A stretch of 64,000 nt of DNA, from positions 3,299,183 through 3,363,182 of the forward strand of contig NW_002060948.1 of assembly GCF_000150275.1 (NCBI RefSeq), in the 5' to 3' direction. Under the pieces are notes generated by a model, which did no database searches, had not been told where the DNA came from, and worked only from the letters and a program-made list of their open reading frames with translations. Both the position numbers and the translations under genes were made by a program. Every line of letters starts with the position of its first letter. Within the stretch, counting starts at the first letter, position 1. Of this stretch, positions 50,337 to 62,984 are shown one piece after another. This stretch comes from Trichoplax adhaerens. Lineage: Eukaryota; Animalia; Placozoa.

Positions 50337-51218
50337 TTAAAATTCTGCCGATAACGCAGTGGTAAAAGCCCTAGGCCTAGGTTTGATCGGAGGAAAATCT
50401 GTATTTTTAGCCTTACCTACCTTCGTAGGATTTTCATCATTAGCTGTGAATATACTTGTAGGATCAGATACAGTAGTCGCTCTTAAACGTCTTCTATTGT
50501 CGGAGCAGCTTTGTGTTCTCGATCGTAAATGATAGTTTTTACTCAATAGTATCGATTGATCGTCAGTTTTTTCTTTATTTAATTCTTTTAGCTTTAATTG
50601 GAATAACTCATCGGTTGAAATTGCCTTACTTGGTGATTTTGGCGTGTTTTTACTTGCCGGAATAGTTAGATACCGTGTATCGGCTCTCTTCTTTAACAGT
50701 GCAGATCGTGCCTTCAAAGCTTTACTTGATCCATCTGTATTAGATCGGCAGCGTAAATCTACTGAATTAATTTTAGGTAGAGTTTGCGCTAATCTATATC
50801 CACTTTTGCCTAGTTGATCTGGATCAGTAAAGGTACGAACTCTCTCTAAATCAGAAAGGCTGTCTTCAAAGTTGTCCTGCGTAGCTTGCTCAGCGTGGTA
50901 TTTTTCTTTCAGATGATCGGTGCGTTTCTTTAATAAAGTTAACGAATCTGAGTGGCTGATAACTCTTTTACTAGGTGACGACTTAACATCCTTAACAAAT
51001 AACATACGGTCATAAAATAACGCTTCCGTTGTCGATTGCATTTTATTATAAAGCCACCGGATATCCATCTTGTCATTATATATCTTGCTTAAGTTTTTAT
51101 CATTGACGCGCCTCATCTCCCGTAATTTTCCTTCTAAGAGTCTATCTTCTTTCATGTTGCTAACACAAGCACGATCGAATTTGTGGCCCGATAGCAGAAC
51201 GTTTGAAGATTTTGCCAT
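50337..51218 (-). CDS. Uncharacterised 293-aa basic protein, single coding exon; helical/coiled-coil-like N-terminus and a Ser/Thr/Arg-rich, probably disordered C-terminus
   Basis: 882-nt open frame in AT-rich DNA, good start context (aaaaATGG), protein-like composition. No family confidently recognised. Confidence 0.8.
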   Translation of the reverse strand: MAKSSNVLLSGHKFDRACVSNMKEDRLLEGKLREMRRVNDKNLSKIYNDKMDIRWLYNKMQSTTEALFYDRMLFVKDVKSSPSKRVISHSDSLTLLKKRTDHLKEKYHAEQATQDNFEDSLSDLERVRTFTDPDQLGKSGYRLAQTLPKINSVDLRCRSNTDGSSKALKARSALLKKRADTRYLTIPASKNTPKSPSKAISTDELFQLKLKELNKEKTDDQSILLSKNYHLRSRTQSCSDNRRRLRATTVSDPTSIFTANDENPTKVGKAKNTDFPPIKPRPRAFTTALSAEF

Positions 51219-54200
51219 TTTTCAATTCACTATTATGTAACTTAATTGTCGTTAATATTAATCACTGCAGGTAACTAGAAAGTTGTAAAATCAATTTAAA
51301 TCGTGCATCAAGGACAATAGCTAGGCATTGCACTAATTAAGCATCTGCAAGATATCATTGAAAGATTATTTTAAACATTTATCGGCAGCTTAGGATACGC
51401 TATCGAATTTATTTTCGATCTTCGTTAGTCCATCATATCAAACTACTACAAACCTCAAAACGCAAGACAAAAATTATTATACTACGCGTAACTAGTGCCT
51501 ATTTATAAAAGTCGAGCATGATACTACGATACGGTTCAAAGCCTTATTATAATCGGAAATTATTTCATATTAATCACAACTATTATTATGTAAATTGAGA
51601 GTACGGATTTGAATTTATAACAATGCCCATTAGCTATAATGACTATGCAATTAACAACTCCACGGTGAACAACAACAGAAGGGTTTTTTACAAATACGCT
51701 TAATTAACTCAGAATGATATTTATCTCTAAAAAATTAACTGACATTTGACTTTGACGCCATCCTATTCCTATGCCTATTACATTAGTCAAAGGCAAGTTT
51801 GTTTGCGCGGTATTGTAGTAGCTAATAAATGACCACAAGCTTCATCACAACAATATTACCGAAAATCCTACATGGTGTGATCGGACGACGTCAGCTATTA
51901 AGCAATTGCTTTTGTACTTCAATATTTTATGTCCAATGATTAGAAGTGTTAAAATAAACTAGAAGTTTGCTGCTATGTAAGCTACTGCTTTCTATTCTAT
52001 AGCTTTAGATCCAAATGTACAGTACATAAGTAATTAAATAAATTTATCCAATAGGTCCAATGGAAATCGTTAATATCATGTACATAAAAGTGATAATCAT
52101 AACTAGTCATAATTTTGCAGTTCACTTCAGTTGCATATTAGCAGGCTTATGAAATTAAACGGAAATTGGTCCCGAGAGCTGATGATAATTTTTATAGATA
52201 GCAGATACTAGAGTTTGTACTCTAAACTTTACACTAGCAGAATTACTTTTTAGAGACGTTATCAGACTCTGACATTGAAATATCTTAGAAAATACGACAC
52301 CAGAATGGCGATATTTTATTCCCCCAAAGTCTCTTCATTAGCTGGCTTTTAATGAACTAGCCCTGCTTCATTCAATTATACGCATATTTCTTTCGTTCCC
52401 ATACTTTATTATATGAATAAAGTAGTTAACCAGGATATTATTTATCAAAATGAACTTCATGGTATACCATAGAAAATTACAGATCTTAGCGCACCGTAGT
52501 ATCTAAAATATTAAAACCTGCATGCAGATTAATTAAAATTGCTGACGAAAGAAAATACAAACTCTTCAGTTACAGGGCTTACAGTAATTTTAATTTATTT
52601 ATTTTCGTTTCACTAGAATCGTAAGTCAGATTGTTACGTAACTTGTAGTGTTGTAACAGTTATATTTGATTTTTTGGAACTTTGAATTAGTCACGCGGAA
52701 ACTGTTTTCAGTAACAATAGTATTTCTACTTACGTATATTCTATCATATTTTGTCAATTTATACTGAAAATATAGCTGTACGTTAATTGGATAACATAGA
52801 CGTAATTCCTTTTAAGGTCTACTCCATGCAGAAAAGATTAAATCTTTTGAACTGTAAACTGTGATACTTCATGACGTAAACTTACTTTATACAATACATA
52901 ATTAAATCTGGAGAAGTACAACATTTATACGCTAGAAAAGTTTCATTAAAAGTCTACGCTTTTAACCATAAACATACAGTTGATTGCAGGTCACTAGAAA
53001 ACGTTAAAGTTCAGATAATAACATAATCGCTTGGATGATGCAAAGGTTCATTAATCATAGGAATTTAATCAAATTTCAACCTTATGCTTTGATTTCTATC
53101 TGTGGAAATATAAGAGGCAGATTTCGCTCCTAGAATAGTTACAATTTATGATTTTAAAAATATTTTAAAAGAATCTTATTAAGACTTTTTAATTCTGAAT
53201 AGGTGTCGATTACTTATTGTAACGCTATCCATAGAGTGTAGTTTACGTAAAAATAATAGGTTATATTCACTGCCTACGAATGTAGTAATAAAATACAGAT
53301 TGCTGTTCGATAAAATGAATGTAATAATATGCCTATGATACACCGATGATCATGTTGCATTTAATTTTACAATTTGCGATTTTATATAGTATATCATTAC
53401 GTGAGCGTACCCTTTGCAGTATTTGTCATCTACATAAACAGTTACATAAATGTTTTGATCTTACGCAAGGTTGTCACTAAGATAAACTTAAGCTCTAATT
53501 TTAATTAAACTGTATTCATGCTCTTGTTATTTATTTATAACACTAAATATCAATAGTAGATTATACTACGAGGTATTGCATCATGAATTAGCTATAGCTA
53601 AGATGTGCATAGGCGCATTAGCTCACCCATGTATTGCAACTGTCGGCTCTTTCTTTATTTCGTTTTGATTGCTCAGAATCACGTCATAAGTTTACTTTAT
53701 ACTTTAGGCTGTAAAATAGGATATAGATAAGATCTATCTTATAGCATAAAGTTAATTTAGCCTTATGTACACATGTTGACTATATCAAAGCAGACCGATG
53801 GACTTCATTTCCATAAATCGGCCTTTGATATACAAGAATGTTCCGATAGTCATCTAAGGCTGAAAGCGCATAAAGATAACTTTCTTGATGCGACTGTATA
53901 ATTTTGTTAACATTTGGCTATTAATAAACTGGTCCTAATATTATAAGTAAATTAGAGAGTAATCAGCAGCGACTATTAAACAACTTATGACTGTAGTTAT
54001 TTATACACTAGTAAGCAAACAGCTAACATTTGTAGATTATCTATCGTTTTGGTTCTATTTTTTGGTAATGTACGAGTGTTTAAAGTACTGCATAGACAAC
54101 ATGGTAGGTTTGATGTAGTAAGCTAAAAAAATTTCTTTGAAGCACTCTGAAATATTTTTAATTCTTTATACTTTTAAACTCACGTAGTATTTACCGAATT

Positions 54201-55704
54201 GAATTCATGTAGCTTGTTATTTCAACATGAACTAAGTAAATTTAGATAATGCTTATTTGTATTAAAAGCAGCAAAATCAATAACATACGCCCGAATATCT
54301 ATGAGCGTATTTTGCCATTTATAGTAGGTAGTCGATTTTCGATACATGTACAGTACAGTGCAGTATACGGTACAGTGCATATTTGACAATGAAGGAGAAA
54401 TAGCTAAATAAAGCCATATGTAACTTGTCAATGTCGATACTGTCAGAATGAGAGGGTTTAAAAATTAATTTTGAAGCCGATTTGCTTGATCCTAATCTAC
54501 ATCCATGTTTTATACTTAACGAAATCAGCTTAAGTACAAAAATAATATAAATAAATATAAATATGTCGTAATGAAATAAGGAGAAAATTTCTATAATAAT
54601 ACTATTCATGTCTTATTTCGAGTGGGGTAAAAAAGTATTGTCTCCTAGACCTGGGACCTTCGTTTTAGCCATGATTGGGATAACTGGGTTAAGATTAAAG
54701 AAGCAATAGCAGACCGATCATTGTGAGGCTGACAACTAAATAGTTTATATTTGAAGTTTTAAAGACAAATAGAGCATATTAAAAATTAAGACGTTGGTTT
54801 ACTTTACTGATGTTATACTTATGATAAAATCGGGGTATCATAGTGCAGCAGCGTTTAGCTAGCTGTATAAGATATATATTTATTAATTTTATGTATGTAC
54901 TATCATGCTTCAATTATTTTGCAATCTTAGATTAGAGATTATCTCTTCATTTAAAATTTTATTCATTTAAGACAATATTATACCGCGAAATCTCAATCTC
55001 AATATAACTAACAAGAGGGTTACCTACATCTCTAGAATGATCTCGTTACGATAAGGAAATCCAATAAAATTGCCGAATTTATTGTCTGTTTTTCATAGCT
55101 GAATAGCCAACTTATACTAAATTTATTTAGAAATCAATAAAGCAATATTTTACTGAAGTCATACAGTAGTCTGTTCGATACGTATGTATATGTTATATAT
55201 TAACTCGAACTTAAATTTTTAAGCCTTGGCTTGCATTAACAGAAAATTATCAACATTATTTGTGGTTAAATGAATGTAACGAAAAGGAGTTTTATTCGAG
55301 TTTCCAGTAAATACCCGCAAATATGGGTTCTATTAAAATTTATCCAGTATTTAACAGTAATTATTAGGATATGATTACAATTGCATGTTGCGCAGGTTTA
55401 CAAATGAAAAAGTAGGTTAAACTACAAACCGATGGATATGTATCTTCTGTGACCTGAAACTATAACTTTTGGATTATAACGTTTTCTTTTAAGATCTCTT
55501 ACTTCTAGTTGGTCATAGTGTTGGCTATGTTTGCTGTTTATCATGATATCTTTATTTTATTGATAATTAAGCAGTCTTCTAGATAAGAAATCCCAAGATA
55601 GTGCGTAATCTTGTTGATAGAAAGTCATGGAGATACCATATACAAGCTGATTCTTGAATTAAAGATGTCTCTTTTCTCAATTATGGCGACTTTTTCCTTC
55701 TTGT

Positions 55705-57157
55705 TTATGCCAAAATTCGATATTGGTACATTTGACAAGTATCTATAGCCATCATCATGCTTACAGTCATGCATAGTGCTACATGTGTCCAGCCGACAAA
55801 GAATGTCCAACCAAAATACAAATTTGCCGTTTGGCGCTCGTAAATAACATATAGAACGAGTGCAGTGATGGAAGCTATAGCTATAATATAAAAAAAAATT
55901 TGAAAGTAATTGGTCACTGAGGAGATAAAATTAAATCAATCATTGATTTATCAATTTATCTTTTTATCTTGTATCTTAGTAGCCAAACTGATCATAAGAA
56001 ATAGCGGTGTTAGAAACTAAAATAATCAAAGGCGTATACAATATTCACATTTTATTAAGAAATTTTTTGGACTCAGTTATTACAACGTAATGTGCAGCAA
56101 TTTTTGTTTTAAAATGTATAAGATTATCTCTGTTAAAAACTTGAAAATTTTTCTGTAACTGGATTGGATCAACCGGTCGATCTATTCGCTATACTGGGTA
56201 ATAGAGTAGTAATACAGTAAGTTATCCCTTAATGTAGGAAAGCAAAAACACTTCCCTCTCTTGGAATAATTGATATAGTGGATTGTTCAATAAATTAATA
56301 AAAGTAGGTCGATTTACTCTGTAAGACAGAAATTATATTCTTGAGTAGCAAGAACTTTTTAATCGAACAGATTTTAAAATCAATTTCGGTAACGAAAAGT
56401 TTAATTAAGCAATCACGCGTTGTTCAATGCTCAAAACTTTCCTCATGTACTACTCTTACCATTAAAGAAAGAAATGGCGGAACTTATTTGTGCCCATCTC
56501 TTCTTTGCTGTCCATAGTGTAAGGAAGATTGAAATGAAAGAGAGGAAAGATAGAACACTACCAGCAATCATGATTAATCTGATCGCTAGTAACCAGTCTA
56601 ATTTATAAATGGGTAGATAGTATTAAAAATTGTTTATAGAGAAATTTATATCGTGGTAAAATTATTACTATTTAATGCGGTATTCCTAATATATATTTCA
56701 AATCGGTAATTATGATATAATCTTTATGAAAGATTTAATTTGTAAAAATAACCATTATAATCAAAGCAAGCTAGTCTGTATTAAATTGGATCCAATTTAA
56801 TTTTCACATGAAACAAATCGACTTACTTGGGATGACAAGGTAATTATAGCAATAGGTCTCGGCATTATATAAATCAGAGCAAACAATCCATAGCCCCGAG
56901 TAAGTACGAAGATTTGATGTAGCCAATTCTGTAATAGACCATACTGGAGCGGTTATTGCTACCGCGCAACAAGCCATAGAAATAAAACTCACTATCATAG
57001 AAATTATTTCTATGATTTTGGGAAAACACAAGCATGTCGGTACAGATCTATTTCCATCGTCAGAACTTATTGTAGATCTTAAGTTACTAGTCGATGCTGT
57101 TGGAATTGTAGAAGATTGAATAGACGGCGAAAATCCACCAGATTTAAATGCTTTCAT
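55705..57157 (-). CDS. Claudin/PMP22/EMP-family tetraspan membrane protein; exons 56827-57157, 56460-56597, 55705-55880
   Basis: TM1 followed by the W...GLW..C...C first-loop signature (APVWS...YSGLWIVCSDLYNAETYC), NWLLAIR before TM2, and YFGWTFFVGW before TM4. Both introns are phase 1 GT-AG. Confidence 0.85.
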
Positions 57158-57603
57158 AGCTATTTAATTATTCCTGTTTAGCTTATCGCTACAAGAATTT
57201 GTCTCGTATAAAAAGTGGATTAAATCATATCCGTACAAATGTCGACAATTCCTAAAGGGTATTTTAATGAAATTTTTTAGATTATAGTGAACAACGCCGC
57301 TATTTTATTTTTAGCAATTTTTTGAAAGTTGATTTTTGAAGCACGTTTACTGTAACAGCTTTCTGCCGTTTCATTGGATGTTGTGATAGAATAACTTCAA
57401 TGTAATGTAAATAGACAATGCAATTCGCTCGTGATGGAAAACATCGATAAATTGAACGAAGAATATCGAGGAATTAAACTTATCTTTCTTTGCTATGAAG
57501 TAATACTACAATAGCAAGATACTCCTTGAGAGATAATACCTCTTTTTGAAATTTTTGTATCACCTCATCGGTAGAATAGAGGGATGTCAGTTACATTTAG
57601 AAA

Positions 57604-57792
57604 CCATATTAAGGTACAATGTAACTCTGACGGTTACATTTTATCCATAGTTAGATAATCCTATTTAGTGTACAAAAGAAAGAATGATGTGATTCTCTTC
57701 CCATATTAAGGTACAGCATAACTCTGACGATTATATGTTGTCCATAGTTCAATGATCCTATTTAAGGTACAAAAGAAAGAATGTTGCGATGA
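57604..57792. repeat. Two-copy 97-bp tandem repeat upstream of the claudin-like gene
   Basis: ccatattaaggtaca...taactctgacg...tccatagtt...atcctattta...tacaaaagaaagaatg starts at 57604 and 57701. Confidence 0.8.
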
Positions 57793-59639
57793 TGCTCATC
57801 TGTAGTTAATTTAATATCGCTACCTAAAATAACAGTATTTAGGTACTGTAGAAATGTGACAGCTCTATACTTTATCTCAAATTACATTAATATTATTAAT
57901 TAATGACTATACCCTCTTGTATTATGTATCATATATTTAACGGTTGCACAATGTTATCATTATATTCAAATTGCTGTATTCTATTATCCTATGCAATTTA
58001 TATGATCGCGTGGTGGCATCTTCCTGGCTTTTATGACCATGTCGTCGTTTTTATAGACATAACGGCAGTATCAGTCATTTTAAAAGATTAGATTATGTTA
58101 TAATTATTACTGCTAACAACTTTACATTCTTTGCCTATGGTACTCAAGATAGCCATGTACTTACATCATTTTAAAGATAGGAGTATTATCCGCAATCTAC
58201 AACAGGGCAATGTCTTGATATTCTGTATATAAGAAATGCACTTTACGTATTGTAGGAGCTATCAATATTTATCCTGGCGATCACAGATTACAATACCTGT
58301 TCTACTGTATTATGGTAGACTTTTAAGTCAATTCGGGAAATCATGCCTACAACCCTAGAACTATTGGTCAATATAAAACTTGAGAGATTATAAACGCATC
58401 CAGAAAAATAACTATTCATTTTTTTACTCGAATATGTCAAGAGCAGACCTGAAGCAAGTGAAATATACAGTACCGTAATATTTTAGCGTCTGGAAATGGT
58501 ATTTGGCTTTGTAGTGCTTCGCATTCCATATTCTATAATTCCTCCTTTGCTCAAAGTGAAAATAAAAGTAATTTTCGATATCGTACGCCGCTTGTTGTGA
58601 TACCAGCAATAGCTGTAGTATACTCGTAATACACATAATTGCACCAGATGAGCGTTAAAAAGTCCCAAATTGTCAGCGCTGTAATAATTCGTATGTCATC
58701 GATACAAGTACTAAGCTTTAAAAATACCATTTTTATTTTTTAGACCGCTCTAATTTAGTTCATTGATATTAGTTCTTAATCTTGATTGACGAACCATATT
58801 CCTATGGATAATATTACATGCGAAACCTTGCGTTCAGCTACACGTTCCCTGATTGACTTTTCGATAATTATAATAAATAATGGATTTTGTTTGATTAGCA
58901 AATTGTGAGCAGAGCAGCATAATATGCAACTGTACATGCATTACGTTAAGACTGACTACGTATACTCTATCCAAACATCTTTGTACATTACTGCATAAAT
59001 CCGTTTTAAAGTGCTCATGTCGTTACCAGGAACTTTAATGGTAATTCCTTTCGATATAGATATTAGTACAGCTAACTGTACTACCTTGCAAGTGCATAAA
59101 AAAGACATGCAGGTATTACTGTAATGTTGCACCTCGCTAGGGACGACAGTACCTGTTGTATTTTGTTGCGAATAACATTAGTAGATTTTTAAGCTTCAAG
59201 AAACTTTTTAGTAATAAATTCATTTAGGAAAGTACAGCCTCTTTTTAAATTAATTATCGTAGCTGACTTTACTCATTGAGTTGCAAGGTTGGATTTTGTA
59301 CAGTATCATGGACTTCTCGAAGAATCTTCTTGTGACACAGAGGAAAACGCTATTACTCTTCGTTAAGTTTCTTTGGATGGACATTATTTGGCCTAATTTG
59401 TGTCCAATGGTTGATTACCTTATTTTAGTATGCAGACAGCCGATTTTGAATAGACTGATTTTTTCTAAATTAAGTAATATTCCATTGATTCCTTTGCCTG
59501 TTGCTAAGCTCTGCTTGGAAGCAGTAACTTTAGATCCTCAATGTTATTCAAATTAATGCGATTGATTTAGAAAACAGACAGGAAAATCCGCTGAGTAACT
59601 AACTATTTGTTGACATTTTCGGCCTCAGGTGGTATGAAA

Positions 59640-60260
59640 AGTCCGCCCATCCGAGGCGAGTATTTCGTCTAGGTATACACTATAGTGTACTGTACATTGC
59701 AGTATACGCACTGTACTGTACTGTGCTGTCCTGTACTGGGACATTTAGAAGAAAATTCTCTTTTTACAAGTCCGTCCAGTAGTCCAAGACTTTGTAGACT
59801 GGGACTGCTCAAGTACAAATACAGTATTCTACCTATTTTCCATCTTCCACTTCTCTCTCTCTCTCTCTAACTATAACCCCGGGGGGGGGCATAATACCGT
59901 ATAGTAAGAGAGAGAGAGAGACAACTGTAGACGGTGGAAAAAGGGGAAACATTTTTAATTGAGTAACACTAGTCCCTGCTCTGAATGTGTTAATGTGCAT
60001 CTTCAGAAAAATCGGACGGAAGGAAATCCACCATCTCCACTTGCTAGTGTGTTCAACTTCCAATTCAACTTGACACAGGCTGACGTTACTGTTGAATGAC
60101 CTACCAGGCCCGGTCCGGTCTGGCCGTCTAAAGGTGCATGTCAAGTAAACGTGAACTACAGCATACTCTACCTAGTATACAGTACAGTGTACACTCAGTG
60201 CAAAGGTAGTACAGTACAGTATATTATTGTATATTGCATCTAGAGAGTACAGTATGGATC
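59640..60260. promoter_or_regulatory. Putative promoter between the divergent claudin-like and GOLIM4-like genes
   Basis: CAGTA/TACTG clusters at 59673-59740 and 60176-60255, a (CT)n/(AG)n inverted repeat at 59854-59921, and locally GC/CpG-rich sequence. Confidence 0.5.
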
Positions 60261-62984
60261 AGGATAGGTTTAAAAGGCGCATTGAGAATTCATTGAAGCA
60301 AAGTCGGAAAAGTCCCTTTGAAAAAATGTTACATTTTTAGTGGCAGGGCATTGCTTTCCATCAGTTAATTGATTGATTACCTTGCTGATAGTTTCTTTCC
60401 ATCTTAACCCATTTAAAGGCAAATTTAGATAGTGGTCAAGACGCGAGTTTAGAGAGCGTCGACTTTTGCAGGTACTGTATATTGCAATTTCATTGACAAG
60501 GTGGAAAAGTAGTTGGTACAGTTGGCTTTCCGTTCGAGCTATTCATTGAATAGACACGTCAGCAATACTAGCAAATTGATCGTTTTGGCCAGCTTACAAC
60601 GAGATCAATGCAGTTATAAAACTAGGCTGCAATACTTATATTCCGGTAAGAATCCTTCAATAAATCACTTTAGTATTAGTAGCAGACTGTTAAAACAACA
60701 AAGCTTCTTGTAATTGACTCCATGTCCAAAAATGAACCTGTGATTCATTTCATAGACCGTCTATGAGCCATTTCGGTCTAAGCGTATGTACACAGGAGCA
60801 GAGAAGTCCTTGGATTCATTTATTATCACTACATGTAAACTGCATAACTTAACTTTGTGGATAGTTTTGAACATGACGAAGTAATGCAGTTCTTTTCCCG
60901 ATGATATCCAAACTGATCAATGACAAGCAATAGGCTAGGATAAGCTGGTTTACGTTCGATACTGGTTAGTAATGTAAAATATGGATTTCGATCATGATAA
61001 TGAATTCATAGTTCATTGCATCTGTCAATTGATCATAGCCCCAAATTGGGCTGGTCCACTTTTTTCCACATTGGAAAGGAGAAAATCATCCATCAACTGA
61101 GTTAAAGATATAAATGAGTGTTTGAAAGTAGCTGTAATACTTTGATCAATTGTTCATCAGTTAGTACTGAATGGATGATGCAAAGTGATGTTGGACAAGT
61201 CGTTGTCTTTACATTGATCAATGATACCGGTAAATGGCAAGAGAGTGAATAGAATGTTGTTTTTAGAAATGAATCAAGATTACCGGTTATCGCTGGCCAA
61301 GACTCTAGGATCCATAACGAGAGTTAACCAAGCCTTAAAACAAGATTATAACTGTACTGTACTGTACTATCCAACTCAATAATTTTAATTTTTTTACTGG
61401 CTGTTACGTATTTTTGGACATTTTATTATCCAGCAATCGACTACAAAGGGGATTATAATACTGTAAAATACTACTTCCCCAAACCATTAATTATAACTAT
61501 AATTACTACTACTTGCGGATTGTAACCATCAACGACTTCTATTGCTATCAGTGTCATCAGTTACTGATCAGTCTATACGTGACATATATGTCATATACAC
61601 TACAATAACTATAAGGCGAATAGCAATGTAGCCTCGCTATCACGAATTCAACCACTTGCTATTTTTCTGCTTTAAATATTCTTGATGTAGACAAGGACTG
61701 CGCGTCTCTTTCTAGTAGTCCTTAATTTAGACTACTCTTTACTAACTGCAGTTACATGTTTGATAATACGGATTTGATCAAACACCACATCATAAATGCT
61801 TTGGATCAAAACCGTTCATTAATTGTTAATTATAATTATCGCTATATATGCAGGTTGTAGCCATCAAGGATTGTTATCCATGTCATACGATTACACAGTA
61901 TAGTACACTATACAGTATATTAGACAGTAAGGTATTTCTTCATTTCACAGTGATTAATTACATAAATATCAGAATTTGACTTCGTTTAAATTAAAGAAAG
62001 GAGGTGCTTGGAGCACGCATGTAGACCTGATGAAAATTGAATCAGTATGATTATATATATATTATTGTCTGTATTATCCTCTAGACCTACAGTATTTTCG
62101 TTCAAGTCTTTTGAACCTTGAACCACTATATTTACTGATGTGGAATTAGAACTCTTATTACTTTTTTCAATGGCCAACATTAAAGGGGATCATCCACACT
62201 TCAGAAATTGCTAAACCTTTTAATTTCCTACATCACAAATACTCTTAGCTTGTAAACGCGAAATTAATAAGCTAGATAACAAGTCTCATACGGTATACCA
62301 GTATCAGGCGATTCTTGGTAACCGCCGCTTGCCCCATGAATGCGCCTATAGAGCTCTTAAATCGCCGTATCATTCTTTTAAAACACATACAATATAACAA
62401 TCCAGAGCAGCTTACTCCTTTTTTTGCACATATTCAGCGATGTATGATTTTCTTTATTGATTTAATTTTATTTAAAATTTACCACTTAATATGCACCCTC
62501 ATTATTTTTGAAGGCCAATATCAATCTGTGATGAACTTAAAGCAAAACACAGAAATTGCTGGCAGTCTTGCATTCTGTGTCATGTGCAATGAGCAGCAAA
62601 TGAATGATAACATTGCTGTCTTATATACGTTCACAAATAATTTATTTACAGTAGTCGGGGTATCTCAAAATGGATACATCATTCCTTTTCAATTGATAAA
62701 AATAAATACTCATTCGATATCAAATTTGCTGCTTCTTTTCATTTTACTTTCTGCTATTTATACGTACAATGAAAATATCTTCTTATTTGACATATTTTAT
62801 TTTCTTATCTTGTCTCCGAGTGTACAGTATAATGCACGGGTATATCTCGTAAATACCACAACACAAATGAAATTAAATGTCCATGTATTGCATTTATAAT
62901 TATAATTTAAATATTTTGTAGATTGTATCTCGCAATTGCGGAATAGATATCTGGCTCAAGTTTTGCCGTGTCCATTAAATTACA

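Noticed and set aside
62315-62899. 194-aa hydrophobic ORF upstream of the GOLIM4-like start
   Set aside because: Non-ATG start and I/F/L/N bias expected from AT-rich DNA; it ends just before an acceptor at about 62921, so it is probably a 5'-UTR intron.
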